From: Macrostomum lignano
Lineage: Eukaryota
Assembly (NCBI GenBank): GCA_002269645.1
Contig: NIVC01002741.1
Coordinates: 1 to 64,000 of the forward strand
DNA: 64,000 nt
Direction: 5' to 3'
The notes under the pieces are model-generated. The model did not search any database. It saw nothing but the letters and a program-made list of their open reading frames with translations, and was not told the DNA's origin. Shown here in pieces: positions 45,401-57,600 of this stretch. A program made the position numbers and the translations under genes. How positions within the stretch are numbered: position 1 is the stretch's first letter; every line of letters starts with the position of its first letter.

Positions 45401-48400
45401 GGGCCACTGCGTGCTGAAGTGTCACGCAGAGTGCATCAACTGTGATGCAGCAAACGACAACAAGGCCTGTCACCAGTGCAAAAATGTCCGCGTGGAGACG
45501 GGAAAAGGAGCTATTAAAGTGATCGAGTGTCTCTCCAAATGTCCTGCTGGGAAGTATGTAAGTCAAACTAAAAAAAGGTTATGTGTTCCGTGCCTGGCCG
45601 GAACATTCAAAAGCGGCAAGGGGAACGAGAAATGTGCATCGTGTCCAGCGGGATCGTTCAGCTCTGCCGGGGCTACAAAGTGCTCAAAGTGCAAACCGGG
45701 CACTTTTAACGCTAAACCAGGCCAGTCAAAGTGCACCAAGTGTTCCGGTGGGACTTTCTCCGGCAAGGGAGCCACGGTGTGTCAGAAATGCCCGGTCGGA
45801 AGCTTTTCCGGTGAAGGACAGCAAAAATGTTCGCCGTGTCCTTACGGTCACTACGGAGACTCGCAAGGGCTGAAGCAGTGCAAGCCGTGCTCCAGAGGCT
45901 TCTCGGCTGCAAAGAGGGGCCAGGTAAAGTGCACCAAGTGTCCTGCCGGTACGTCAAGTGTGGAGGGCTCCAGGACTTGCAGCAACTCGTGCAAAAAAGG
46001 CGAGTATAGTCCCGCGAAAGGTCAACCATGCAAAAAGTGCTCTCCAGGTACATTCTCCGAGAGTGCGGGCTCGATGAAGTGCTCGCAGTGCGCCCCAGGT
46101 TCATACCAGCCGAATGGGGGGCAGTCTGTTTGCATCAAAGCTCCAAAAGGCACGTATGTATCACAAAGAGGAGCAAAAAGTTACCAAAGCTGCCCTGCTG
46201 GTACAGTCAACTCTCAAGTAGGACAGGCGAACAGCTCTGCCTGTCGAAAGTGTCCTGCTGGAACCTTCAGCAGCTCGGCAACTAGCTGTAAAAAATGTCC
46301 AGTTGGTCAGTTTTCGCCAGGCTCTGGTTCCCGAGCTTGTTCGAGATGTCCCAAGGGTCAATATGCTCCAGTCGAAGGGATGAAAGGATGCAAGCATTGC
46401 GACCTGGGCACCTACGCGCCGAATGAAGGATCTGCGGTCTGTAAAATTGCACCACAGGGGACCTATGTTTCAAATAAAGGCTCTATAAGACCCATAAAGT
46501 GTCCCGCCGGACATTATAACGCGAAAGTTCGTCAGTCGAGTAGTTCCGCTTGCCTGCCTTGTCAGAAAAACTATTTCGCTTCATCAAGTGGGTCCTCAAA
46601 GTGCAGAAAGTGCAGTGCCGGTAGCGTCACGGCCAAAACCGGCTCCACAAGGTGTGCCAGCTGCCCAGCGGGATCCTACGCCCACTCCAGCGGCTCTTGC
46701 CAGTACTGCTCACCCGGAACCTACATTTCGTCTACCGGAGCGGCTTCCTGCAGCAAGTGCAAGGCTGGCACATTCGCGCCCGGCCGAGGTTCGAGAAACT
46801 GCAGGCCTTGTTCTGCAGGCTCGTTTTCGAATGCCGGCTCGTCGAGATGCACGCAATGCTCTCTGGGCTACTACGCTCCGTCATCAGGATCGAGTCGTTG
46901 TATGAAGTGTCCGTACGGGTCCATCGCTACGAACGCTCAGCGAACCAAGTGCTACAGTAAGTTTTGGTGTCTTGTGTTTGCTTATTTTCAGAATCAAGAA
47001 AGGATTGTGCCAATGGCTAGTGCTGCCAATAGGTAGCTACTATGGCTAGTGCTGCCAATGGGTAGCTACTATGGCTAGTGCTGCCGATGGGTAGCTACTA
47101 TGGCTAGTGCTGCCAATGGGTAGCTACTATGGCTAGTGCTGCCAATGGGTAGCTACTATGGCTAGTGCTGCCAATGGGTAGCTACTGTGGCTAGTGCTGC
47201 CAATGGGTAGCTACTATGGCTAGTGCTGCCAATGGGTAGCTACTATGGCTAGTGCTGCCGATGGGTAGCTACTATGGCTAGTGCTGCCAATGGGTAGCTA
47301 CTATGGCTAGTGCTGCCGATGGGTAGCTACTATGGCTAGTGCTGCCAATGGGTAGCTACTATGGCTAGTGCTGCCAATGGGTAGCTACTATGGCTAGTGC
47401 TGCCAATGGGTAGCTACTGTGGCTAGTGCTGCCAATGGGTAGCTACTATGGCTAGTGCTGCCAATGGGTAGCTACTATGGCTAGTGCTGCCGATGGGTAG
47501 CTACTATGGCTAGTGCTGCCAATGGGTAGCTACTATGGCTAGTGCTGCCGATGGGTAGCTACTATGGCTAGTGCTGCCGATGGGTAGCTACTATGGCTAG
47601 TGCTGCCAATGGGTAGCTACTATGGCTAGTGCTGCCGATGGGTAGCTACTATGGCTAGTGCTGCCGATGGGTAGCTACTATGGCTAGTTCTGCCGATGGG
47701 TAGCTACTATGGCTAGTGCTGCCGATGGGTAGCTACTGTGGCTAGTGCTGCCGATGGGTAGCTACTATGGCTAGTGCTGCCGATGGGTAGCTACTATGGC
47801 TAGTGCTGCCAATGGGTAGCTACTATGGCTAGTGCTGCCGATGGGTAGCTACTATGGCTAGTTCTGCCGATGGGTAGCTACTATGGCTAGTTCTGCCGAT
47901 GGGTAGCTACTATGGCTAGTGCTGCCGATGGGTAGCTACTATGGCTAGTTCTGCCGATGGGTAGCTACTATGGCTAGTGCTGCCGATGGGTAGCTACTGT
48001 GGCTAGTGCTGCCGATGGGTAGCTACTATGGCTAGTGCTGCCGATGGGTAGCTACTATGGCTAGTGCTGCCAATGGGTAGCTACTATGGCTAGTGCTGCC
48101 GATGGGTAGCTACTATGGCTAGTTCTGCCGATGGGTAGCTACTATGGCTAGTGCTGCCGATGGGTAGCTACTGTGGCTAGTGCTGCCGATGGGTAGCTAC
48201 TATGGCTAGTGCTGCCAATGGGTAGCTACTATGGCTAGTGCTGCCGATGGGTAGCTACTATGGCTAGTGCTGCCGATGGGTAGCTACTGTGGCTAGTGCT
48301 GCCGATGGGTAGCTACTATGGCTAGTGCTGCCGATGGGTAGCTACTATGGCTAGTGCTGCCAATGGGTAGCTACTATGGCTAGTGCTGCCGATGGGTAGC

Positions 48401-50967
48401 TACTATGGATAGTGCTGCCGATGGGTAGCTACTATGGCTAGTGCTGCCGATGGGTAGCTACTATGGCTAGTGCTGCCAATGGGTAGCTACTATGGCTAGT
48501 GCTGCCGATGGGTAGCTACTGTGGCTAGTGCTGCCGATGGGTAGCTACTATGGCTAGTGCTGCCGATGGGTAGCTACTATGGCTAGTGCTGCCGATGGGT
48601 AGCTACTATGGCTAGTGCTGCCGATGGGTAGCTACTATGGCTAGTGCTGCCGATGGGTAGCTACTATGGCTAGTGCTGCCAATGGGTAGCTACTATGGCT
48701 AGTGCTGCCGATGGGTAGCTACTATGGCTAGTGCTGCCGATGGGTAGCTACTATGGCTAGTGCTGCCGATGGGTAGCTACTATGGCTAGTGCTGCCAATG
48801 GGTAGCTACTATGGCTAGTGCTGCCGATGGGTAGCTACTGTGGCTAGTGCTGCCGATGGGTAGCTACTATGGCTAGTGCTGCCGATGGGTAGCTACTATG
48901 GCTAGTGCTGCCGATGGGTAGCTACTATGGCTAGTGCTGCCGATGGGTAGCTACTATGGCTAGTGCTGCCGATGGGTAGCTACTATGGCTAGTGCTGCCA
49001 ATGGGTAGCTACTATGGCTAGTGCTGCCGATGGGTAGCTACTGTGGCTAGTGCTGCCGATGGGTAGCTACTATGGCTAGTGCTGCCGATGGGTAGCTACT
49101 ATGGCTAGTGCTGCCGATGGGTAGCTACTATGGCTAGTGCTGCCGATGGGTAGCTACTATGGCTAGTGCTGCCGATGGGTAGCTACTATGGCTAGTGCTG
49201 CCGATGGGTAGCTACTATGGCTAGTTCTGCCGATGGGTAGCTACTATGGCTAGTGCTGCCGATGGGTAGCTACTGTGGCTAGTGCTGCCGATGGGTAGCT
49301 ACTATGGCTAGTGCTGCCGATGGGTAGCTACTATGGCTAGTGCTGCCAATGGGTAGCTACTATGGCTAGTGCTGCCGATGGGTAGCTACTATGGCTAGTG
49401 CTGCCGATGGGTAGCTACTATGGCTAGTTCTGCCGATGGGTAGCTACTATGGCTAGTGCTGCCAATGGGTAGCTACTATGGCTAGTGCTGCCGATGGGTA
49501 GCTACTATGGCTAGTGCTGCCGATGGGTAGCTACTATGGCTAGTTCTGCCGATGGGTAGCTACTATGGCTAGTGCTGCCAATGGGTAGCTACTATGGCTA
49601 GTGCTGCCGATGGGTAGCTACTATGGCTAGTGCTGCCGATGGGTAGCTACTATGGCTAGTTCTGCCGATGGGTAGCTACTATGGCTAGTGCTGCCGATGG
49701 GGAATATTTATTATAGCCATTTTCCAAACCGAAATTCGACTTCAAGAATATTTTGTTGTTTTTTAGCAATAACGATTTTCATACAGAACGTGGGCTTTTG
49801 TAGTGCATTTACACAATAAGCGTGCGCCTTGTGAGTGTACAGACTATTACGTAACGCGTTAGACGTGTTATGGAAGCATTGAAGAAGTTAACCTACTCGT
49901 ATGCACCAAGAGGTTCACGCACCCCTCAAATCATAAGTTACGTTTTTAATCGCTCTCGTTGGTCGTCTCCTGCACCCCACAGAGTTTGGCGAGTGCTATT
50001 TCGCTAATAAGAACTTCGTCAGTACTTCAGTGAGCCGCACAAAGAGCTCCAAGCCGTGCCAGAGCTGGACGGTTCGTTATTGTTCCTGGCATACGCTGAA
50101 AAGGACCTGCCACGTCCCCAACCCTACTGCGAAAGCGTCCCAATCCACTGGCAACACGTGCCGAACCTTCACGGAGCAAGGCGGCTCGAACAAGCCGTGG
50201 TGTTACACGAAGACTTCGACTCGATGGGAAACTTGCAACATTCCTCTTTGCGGACCCAGTGAGTACATCATAGTGGCCAGCTAGTGGGTGTACTTTTTAG
50301 GTGTGGCCGGTGGGTTGTCGTGCGATTCGCAGCCATGACGGCCAACCCCCAAGGCACAGAAAGTGTACATGCCTGACGATTAGAAAGTCAGGGCCGCTGT
50401 ACACCTGTGTGAGCGCGTGTGAGTGCGCAACACATATCGCTTTCCATTCCTGTAGCAATCATTAACAGGCTGCCGATATGGACTGCCGATTGCTAGCATC
50501 AAAAAGGAGAAATTAACGCTGGAGGTCAGTGAGCGAAGCTTGAATCTTGAGCATTGGCTATCTGATTGGCTATGACGCTGACAATTGCAAATGAGGTTTC
50601 AGTAGACTGGCTCGTACAGATAGAACCTCCGTTCGCTAAGTAAAATAGATTAGAGATCACGTTCGGCAGTTCTTTTACTTTTTTAATCTGTGTTGCAGGA
50701 CTGCGCGAGTGCTACAAGAAAGGCACGAAGAACTTCGTGTCGGGCATCGCAGTGACCCAGAGCGGCAAGCCGTGCCAGGGCTGGGAGATCAAGAGCTGCC
50801 CCAGCGGCACAGTTGGGAAAACCTGCCACGTGCCCAACACTGCTCTGAAGCTGGCCCGACTGATTGGAAACACCTGTCGCATCACCACTGCCAGCAGCGA
50901 GAAGCGTCCGTGGTGCTACACCAGGACGTCGAGGAGATGGGAAACGTGCAACATTCCACAGTGCTGA
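42465..50967 (+). CDS. Secreted ~1678-aa MACPF (perforin-like) protein: signal peptide, MACPF, FAMeT-like, furin-like and GCC2/GCC3 Cys-rich repeats, two kringles
   Basis: Exons 42465-46956, 49983-50258, 50699-50967 (5037 nt; both junctions phase 1). Signal MRHSQLLAVLVALSIALHGAQA. MACPF: YIGVGFD, signature RWGTHFIRSGKFGG (43680-43721), EAQGG, WLVSIKDYAKPF. FAMeT-like at ~44965-45360. Many CPAG(T/S)F/Y repeats at 45540-46950. Kringles contain CQ.W...NTCR...PWCYT...WETCNIP.C. Confidence 0.88.
47010..49700. repeat. 29-bp intronic satellite, ~93 copies
   Basis: Unit ggtagctact(a/g)tggctagt(g/t)ctgcc(g/a)atg. Confidence 0.97.
50301..50428 (+). other. Structured dispersed repeat, best-preserved copy, in the MACPF intron between the kringle exons
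   Basis: gggttg/caaccc stem, then cacag(50355)-aaa-gtgtac-atg-cctgac-gattagaaa-gtcagg-gccgct-gtacac-ctgtg(50409). Confidence 0.75.
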
Positions 50968-52086
50968 GTCGGAATTAAGAGGCTAACTAATTGGTGTCGG
51001 GACAAAACTGAAGACTTTCCTCTGAAAATTTCAAGTTTGCTGTTAAGTTAGGTCTCCGTTTCAAAATTTATGAGAAGCTTATCGATAGCTGGACTTCAAT
51101 TTCAAAGTAATGAGAGCAGGTTGAACCAAAAAATCGTGCGAGGCCAAAATTAATGCTACTCAAATCCGTAATCTCGATTGCGATCTGAGTGATAAAATTT
51201 TAATATCAATTTGAATAAACAAAAATAATCAAGTTAGATCTTTAACGAGCAAATTTTGTTTGTTTTGTTTTTTTGTTTTGACAACCTTTTCTGTAAGACT
51301 ATACATGTAGGACTGTAATGAGGACCTTCAGTTGATTGCAGCACCAGAACTTGGGGCTAGCAACAGAAGTCGGTGTTCAGCTATCACTTGGCAGATGAAT
51401 TTGTAGCACACGTTAATCAAATCGTTTAAAATCGATAGAAGTAACATAGGCTAAAAAGGCTCGAACAGTGGACCTGCTATTTTTAGGGAATTTGTCGTTT
51501 ATTGACGAATTCAAACTCACAATCTACAAAGTATTCGTATTTGTTTCAAAATTTTTAATTTATCAGAAGTCATGACCAGTTCCGGAGACAAATTCGACTT
51601 TATTGGCTTCCTGAAATTAAGAATCAGTGCTTGTATTACCACTAGCAAGCGTAGGAAGGTTTTTAAAGCGCTTCAGTTCTTTCAAAAGTAGCGTCTGTCC
51701 TCCTGAACACCGTGTCAAAGACGTCGTCTACGTGAAGCAGCTTGGATTTGCTTTTAGTTTGACTTTAGTGGAGAGACTGGGAGCGTACAGACACTCGTCC
51801 AGCCCTACGGCGAGAGGGAGACGCGGATGAGGAGGCTGTGAGCAGGTAGCCTCTCAGCAGCAGCAGAGGTGAGCACGGGTCTGGAGGCGTACAGACACTT
51901 CGCAGACCCGAATGAAGACGGTGGCGAGAGAAGTGAATAATAAAGATGGGACAAATGAATGAAAGCAAACACTCTTACAGGGCGGAGTCACTTGTCGCAC
52001 TCATACAGGCGTGGCCTCTGTATTTTATCCTGCTCAACCGCCGCTGACTCGCGCAAGCACAAAGTACGTAGTAGTAGAGAGAGCAG

Positions 52087-53002
52087 GGGCCCGTGCTATA
52101 GAATACTCTTAACTCCTAAATCCTTAGGAGTGTCCTAACTCCTAGCTCCTAGCTGGCTTTTCTGTGCTATAGAATCAATAGTAAATTTTAAGAGCTAGGA
52201 GGCTCCTTAAGGACGTTAGGATACTCCTTGGTGAATTTAGGAGACCTCATTAAGGTTTGTCGCGTGCTATAGAATAAGGAGCGGAGCGTAGGAGCTAGGA
52301 GCTAGGAATTGCCGTTTAGGAGTGAGTTTTAGGAGTGCGTGTCCTATAGAAGGAGCGAAACTCATTTCTAGCTCCTAACTCCTAGTTAAGACTTCAAGGG
52401 CCAAATTTCACTCTTAGGTTATAGTAGAATCGTGTGATTCGTTTCTTTTTTCATGTTTTCGGACAGTGAGCTAGCTAGGCTCGGACGATGAGGGAGCTAA
52501 TGATCGACGACCCAGACAATTTAAGCAGAGGATTAACTTTTTTGAAGAATATAATACTGTGTCACGATTTCGGCTCAATGAGAATCAACTCTTGGCGACA
52601 TTCAAGGATGACCTCTCTCCACATTTCAGTCTTGAGTGCTTTTGTTATTGTTGGCGAAAAGGCACCGAAAAGTACGTCCTTTCGAGCCGCAATCGCTTTA
52701 ACAAACGCAACTTTTTGGTTTGCTTGCATTGTTTGAATTCACGAATTGCTCCTATAATTACTCCTTAAGGTGCGTACATTTAGGAGTTTAATATAGCACG
52801 CAGATTGGCAGACTCCTTAGCCAATCGCCTTACACTCCTTAGAACTCCTCCTCACTCCTATGCTGCACTCCTTAAAACAACTCCTAGCTCCTAACTCTTG
52901 ATTCTTGAACTCTATAGCACACAAAATCGATTCGCTCCTTGCTAGGAGCACTCCTGACTCCTAACTCCTTACTCTTTGCTCTTAAATCTATAGCATGGGC
53001 CC
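52087..53002 (+). mobile_element. PIF/Harbinger internal-deletion derivative (916 bp)
   Basis: 16-bp TIR gggcccgtgctataga / tctatagcatgggccc, 1 mismatch. 3-bp TSD CAG at 52084-52086 and 53003-53005. Internal gtgctatagaa repeats. Remnant MRELMIDDPD...RFRLNENQLLATFKDDLSP resembles a Harbinger transposase N-terminus. Confidence 0.88.
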
Positions 53003-53329
53003 CAGGGGACGCGAGCCGGGCGAGGGCCGCGCGCGCACATAAATACCGGTTGAGAGCAGGGGGCCGGGTGTGGCTAAGCCACGCAGGGCTGAGGGGGGGG
53101 GGTGGGGGCAAAACTCACAGAGTTGAAGGGCGAGAGAGAAAGAAGGGGGAAGGCTAGCCAATCAGGTGCCTCCGCGTCGAGAGACATGATTGGACTAGCC
53201 AGTGGTTTACACTGGTTCTGACTGGTACAGTTTACACTGGTACAAATACCAGTGGTTTTCACTGGTTCTGACTGGTACAGTTTACACTGGTACAAATACC
53301 AGTGGTTTTCACTGGTTCTGATCTCATAC

Positions 53330-53820
53330 TACAAGCCTAAAAACTCTCCCGCGGCAACACCCTGCTGGAATGCTGCAATTCCTTCTGAACCAAAGTCGAA
53401 AGGATATTCGAACCCATTTCATGACCTTTACCGGCCATGGCTACCTCGCCAGACACTGCTTCCTCCGAGGCGACCTCGAGAGTAAACTTTGCCTTTTTTG
53501 CGATTACGACAATGAAGATGCTCTGCACATTGTTTGTCACTGCCCTTTCTTTACCAGAGACCGGCTACGCTACCTCGGGCCGAACCCGTCCATTGACGAG
53601 GTCTGCCAGCCCGACAGCATCCCACGGCTCATCCAGTTCCTTCGGGCGACAAGACGAGCCAGTTTCTTCCCTACGGAAGATCACGCTGCAGGACGGACCG
53701 GCGGACCACCCTGACCGGCCCCACGCCTCTGCCTGTCTGCGGGCCTTCAGGGGCTGGCAGAATGGGCGACCCTCGCCTCCCCGCTGTGTCTACGGACCAT
53801 CCCACAGCTAAGTCAAGTAA
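53330..53820 (+). mobile_element. LINE 3' fragment with C-terminal CCHC zinc knuckle (I/R1/LOA-type)
   Basis: FTGHGYLARHCFLRGDLESKLCLFCDYDNEDALHIVCHCP, followed by a GC-rich 3'-UTR-like segment. Confidence 0.8.
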
Positions 53821-54661
53821 GTCATGCTGCAAGTATGGCTTGCACAGTCCTCTCCGATCATTCAGTTGGATTAGTGGCACGCTGTGGTCAGTGCTGATCA
53901 GAAGCACTTCGTGGTTGCATCGATTGGCTCATTGGAGCAGCGCCTAGTTTTCGTCGAGATTCGTCGAGGCATCTTTCTGATGCCTAAGGCCTTTGATCCA
54001 TTTGAAACCAGTCTGTACGCGTCCGCAGAAAAGTGTCTGTCGCAGAAGACAAAAGTGATTCGTGTTGGAATGAACGTTGATGTTGATGTTTTGGTGCGCA
54101 ATAACCATGCACTGGTGTGCTCAGGAAACATGACAGGAAACGAAAAGAAGCTGACTGGACTATCGTCTTCATTTCTGTCTCATGTCTTTGAGTTGCAATC
54201 TAGAGAAGCACAGTGGCGCGTTGGATTTAATAGTACATGTACAACTTATTGTCAGGGAACAATTAAATTTCTAAGCACTGGAGATGAATGGGAGGGAGAC
54301 GATTATCCACTGTCAGCATGAGCGACTACGGCTTAATAGTCTCTGGCTATGATAAATTGGGCATATTTTTAGATTCCCTCAGCCAGTGTAATAGAAGCGG
54401 GGGACTTTCCCTAGATTGGGGGATGGGTTGAGGCAACAGACATTTCGCATATATTTCGCATCCATGATATTCCTTCATCCATGCTTCCACCCAGTCACAG
54501 TCGAAAAGCCACATTTGAAGTTACTTGTGTCACATTCGAGTTTGAAAAGGTATACAAAACAACCCCTGGCAAGCGACCATAGAGGATTCCTTGAGACCAT
54601 GAGAGCAGACCAGCACCACTCACACAGCGTTGGGAGCGCAGCCAGAAAAGAGGCAGCAGGC

Positions 54662-57600
54662 ATGCACTATTGGGAGATCCTGCAACTTCTGACTCTTCTT
54701 CTGTTGCCAACCTATCGAACTGCAGCCGCCAGCGTGGAGAATTCTGGCATGATTTGTGCAGCAGCTGACTCGCTGTCTCGTCTGGCTGAGCTCTTCGCCA
54801 GGAACTCGCTGAAGATCGACGCCGACGGCTACTTTGGAGCCGCGATCGCCTTCCTGACCTTCGACTCGGCGCCCGCCAGCGCCAGCGCTACGGAGCGTCG
54901 AGTTGCAGATCTGTGCGGCGACGCTCAGGCCGCCGAGCTGCGTCGAGCTGTCGATCAGCTTCGACAAGTGCTGGTCGATTTTCGAGCTCGAGTAGGCGGG
55001 AAGAAGTCGAGAAGCGGTGGAGACTATGATGTTGAAACCTACTGGGCCATTTGCCGGCCGCTAGAAGCTGTGATGCGGCGGCTGCTCAGTCAGAGGCGGT
55101 TCCGCTGGAGCTGGCTTGAAGACTCGGGACATCACGGAGCTGCGGTAGACGCCAAGCAGGCTCAGGCTTGGCTGAAGTCCGTTGAAAGATTGGTGATGAA
55201 GTACAATGATACGGTGGGCGATGCCTGCTTCAACAGATTGTTGGACAGTCCAAGCAAAAGGTGAGTCTTCAGCGACCTGTCAAGATGAAGGGTGATCAGG
55301 AGTTTGACCCTGGCAGCATTAACTGCAAGAGCCGAAAATGTTTGATTTCAACTGCTTGAACTTTAGGTTTGTAGATGCTTGGATTTTTATGCAGCTTTTT
55401 GCCAAACATTCTCGAATGTTGCAACTTCAAAATGTCCCAACAGCCTCAAGTTCAAGAGGTCTAAAGAAGGTGCATTTCGAGTTGGGTGGAACATGAGATG
55501 CGACTGTAGATTCAGCAATGGTCGCTGCATCCAAAAATAGCGTGGAATACAGAATTATCTAAAGCCCTTGCAAAAATATTAATGATTCGCTTCAGTCGCT
55601 CATCGCCCTGCCAGCCTCCGCCAGCATGCAGGTGGCTGTTTCTCAGCGCTGAGCCAAGCATGGGCTACGCCCTGACGCACCAGCTGATCTACTGGGCCGC
55701 CGCCATCGATGTGAGCCAGACTCTTTATCATGGTCCTGTTTCCATAGCCTAGGATTTCCACATATTGCAGCGATCTCGGGATGCCCCGCACTGCAGCGCT
55801 CCTGCCACCTCAGACTGTCCACTGGCCGGTCAGTGGACCAGTCTGTGGTCGCCGAGGCCTGTCGGTCTGCCCTGGATGAGCACCGGAAAATTCTGGCCTT
55901 GACTTCGGCTGGCATCGACATGATTGACCTGGCATTGGAGCAGGGTGAGCATACTTGAGACCAGGCGCATCGCCACCGGGGGGGAACCCCAGTAAAAGCT
56001 AAGGGGGGCATGCCAGTGCTTTGTCCCTCCACCCCACCTTGTGACCCGTTGTGGCAATCAATAATTATTCTTTCAGGCGCCAAAATATAGCGCCATTGGT
56101 GCCAAAATGAGTGCCTGCGGCGCTAAAATGAGTGACTGCCGCGCTAAAATGAGTGCCTGTGGCGCTAAAATGAGTACCCGCGGCGCTAAAATGAGTGACT
56201 GCGGCGCTAAAATGAGTGCCTGTGGCGCTAAAATGAGTGCCTGTGGCGCTAAAATGAGTACCCGCGGCGCTAAAATGAGTGCCTGCGGCGCTAAAATGAG
56301 TGCCTGTGGCGCTAAAATGAGTGCCTGCGGCGCTAAAATGAGTGCCTGCGGCGCTAAAATTAGCGCTGACAACACCGATTCTCAAATTAATGGACATGTA
56401 GGAATTTAGTCATGTACATGTTGAATTCTTGGCTTCGCCCCCCCCCACCATAAAATTCATGGCGACGCCTCTGCTTGAGACCTGGAACACTGTTGGCGGT
56501 TGTAATTTTTAACTGACGATGGGAAAGTCAGGGCCACTGTGACACTCTGTGTGAGCATGTTGCCGAGTAGGCATGGCATTGACATTCCTCAGTTTTACTA
56601 ACTTCCTATATACTAAAAATGAGTTGTCTGTATGTATGTGGGTAGGTATGCGATAGATTTCAGAAAAAATGGCTCAACCGATTTTCTTCAAACTTGCACC
56701 ATTCGATCAGAAATTTTCCTGGGACGGTACATGCATCTTGGCTAAAAAATTGCTCAATATTAAAGGGATTAAATATTCGAAAAACAGGCTTTTTTGCAAA
56801 GGTCAAGCGGCTCTTTCGATCTGAAATGCATTGTAAGAATGCTAGAGAAAAAACTGACTGACTGAATTTCAATTCTGATAAAGATTGCATCACAACAAGT
56901 TGAAAACAGTGCCAAAGAAATGCACACACAACTTGATTGAAATTGCGTAACAATATTGCTAACTTAAATTGACACTGATACTGGCTGACTAAGAAATTGA
57001 TTATGTCATAACTTTTTACTCTAACCAACTTGCTGTAAGCATTGAATTATAAGGGCCACAAATCATGTTCGCCAATTGAAAAGAGATAGCATAGATGCGA
57101 ACAGACTGGACTGCTAATGCAGCGACCTGGGTTCCAATCTTAGTGCTGCAAAAAGATTTTTTTATTAAAACACCTTGAAAACACGAAACTGCTAAACATA
57201 AAAAAGCACAATGTCAAACATAAAAGAGGCACCATGTCAAACATTACATGGGCACCATGTAAAACATATACGTCACTCTATGTCAAACATTAAAGAGCCA
57301 CCATGTGAAACATAAAAGAGTCACCATTTCGAAAATTAAAGAGCCACCACGTCGAACATTAAAGACCCACCATGTCAAACGTAAAAGAGCCACCATGAAG
57401 AACATTAAATAGCCACCATGCCAAACATAAAAGAGCCACTATGTCGAACATTAAAGAGCTAGCATGTCAAACATTAAAGAGCCACCATGTCGAACATAAA
57501 AGAGCCGCCATGTAAAACATTAAACAGCCACATTGTCAAACATAAAAGAGCCACCATGTAAGACATTTAAGAGCCACCATGTGAAACATTTAAGAGCCAC

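Noticed and set aside
50372-50392. CUGACGA...GAAA as a hammerhead ribozyme core
   Set aside because: No stem II and no UH cleavage triplet, and CUGAC is paired in a covarying stem. Other CTGANGA hits I checked also lacked the core.
57085-57150. A functional tRNA gene
   Set aside because: No complete cloverleaf or acceptor stem, and no long variable arm as expected for tRNA-Ser.
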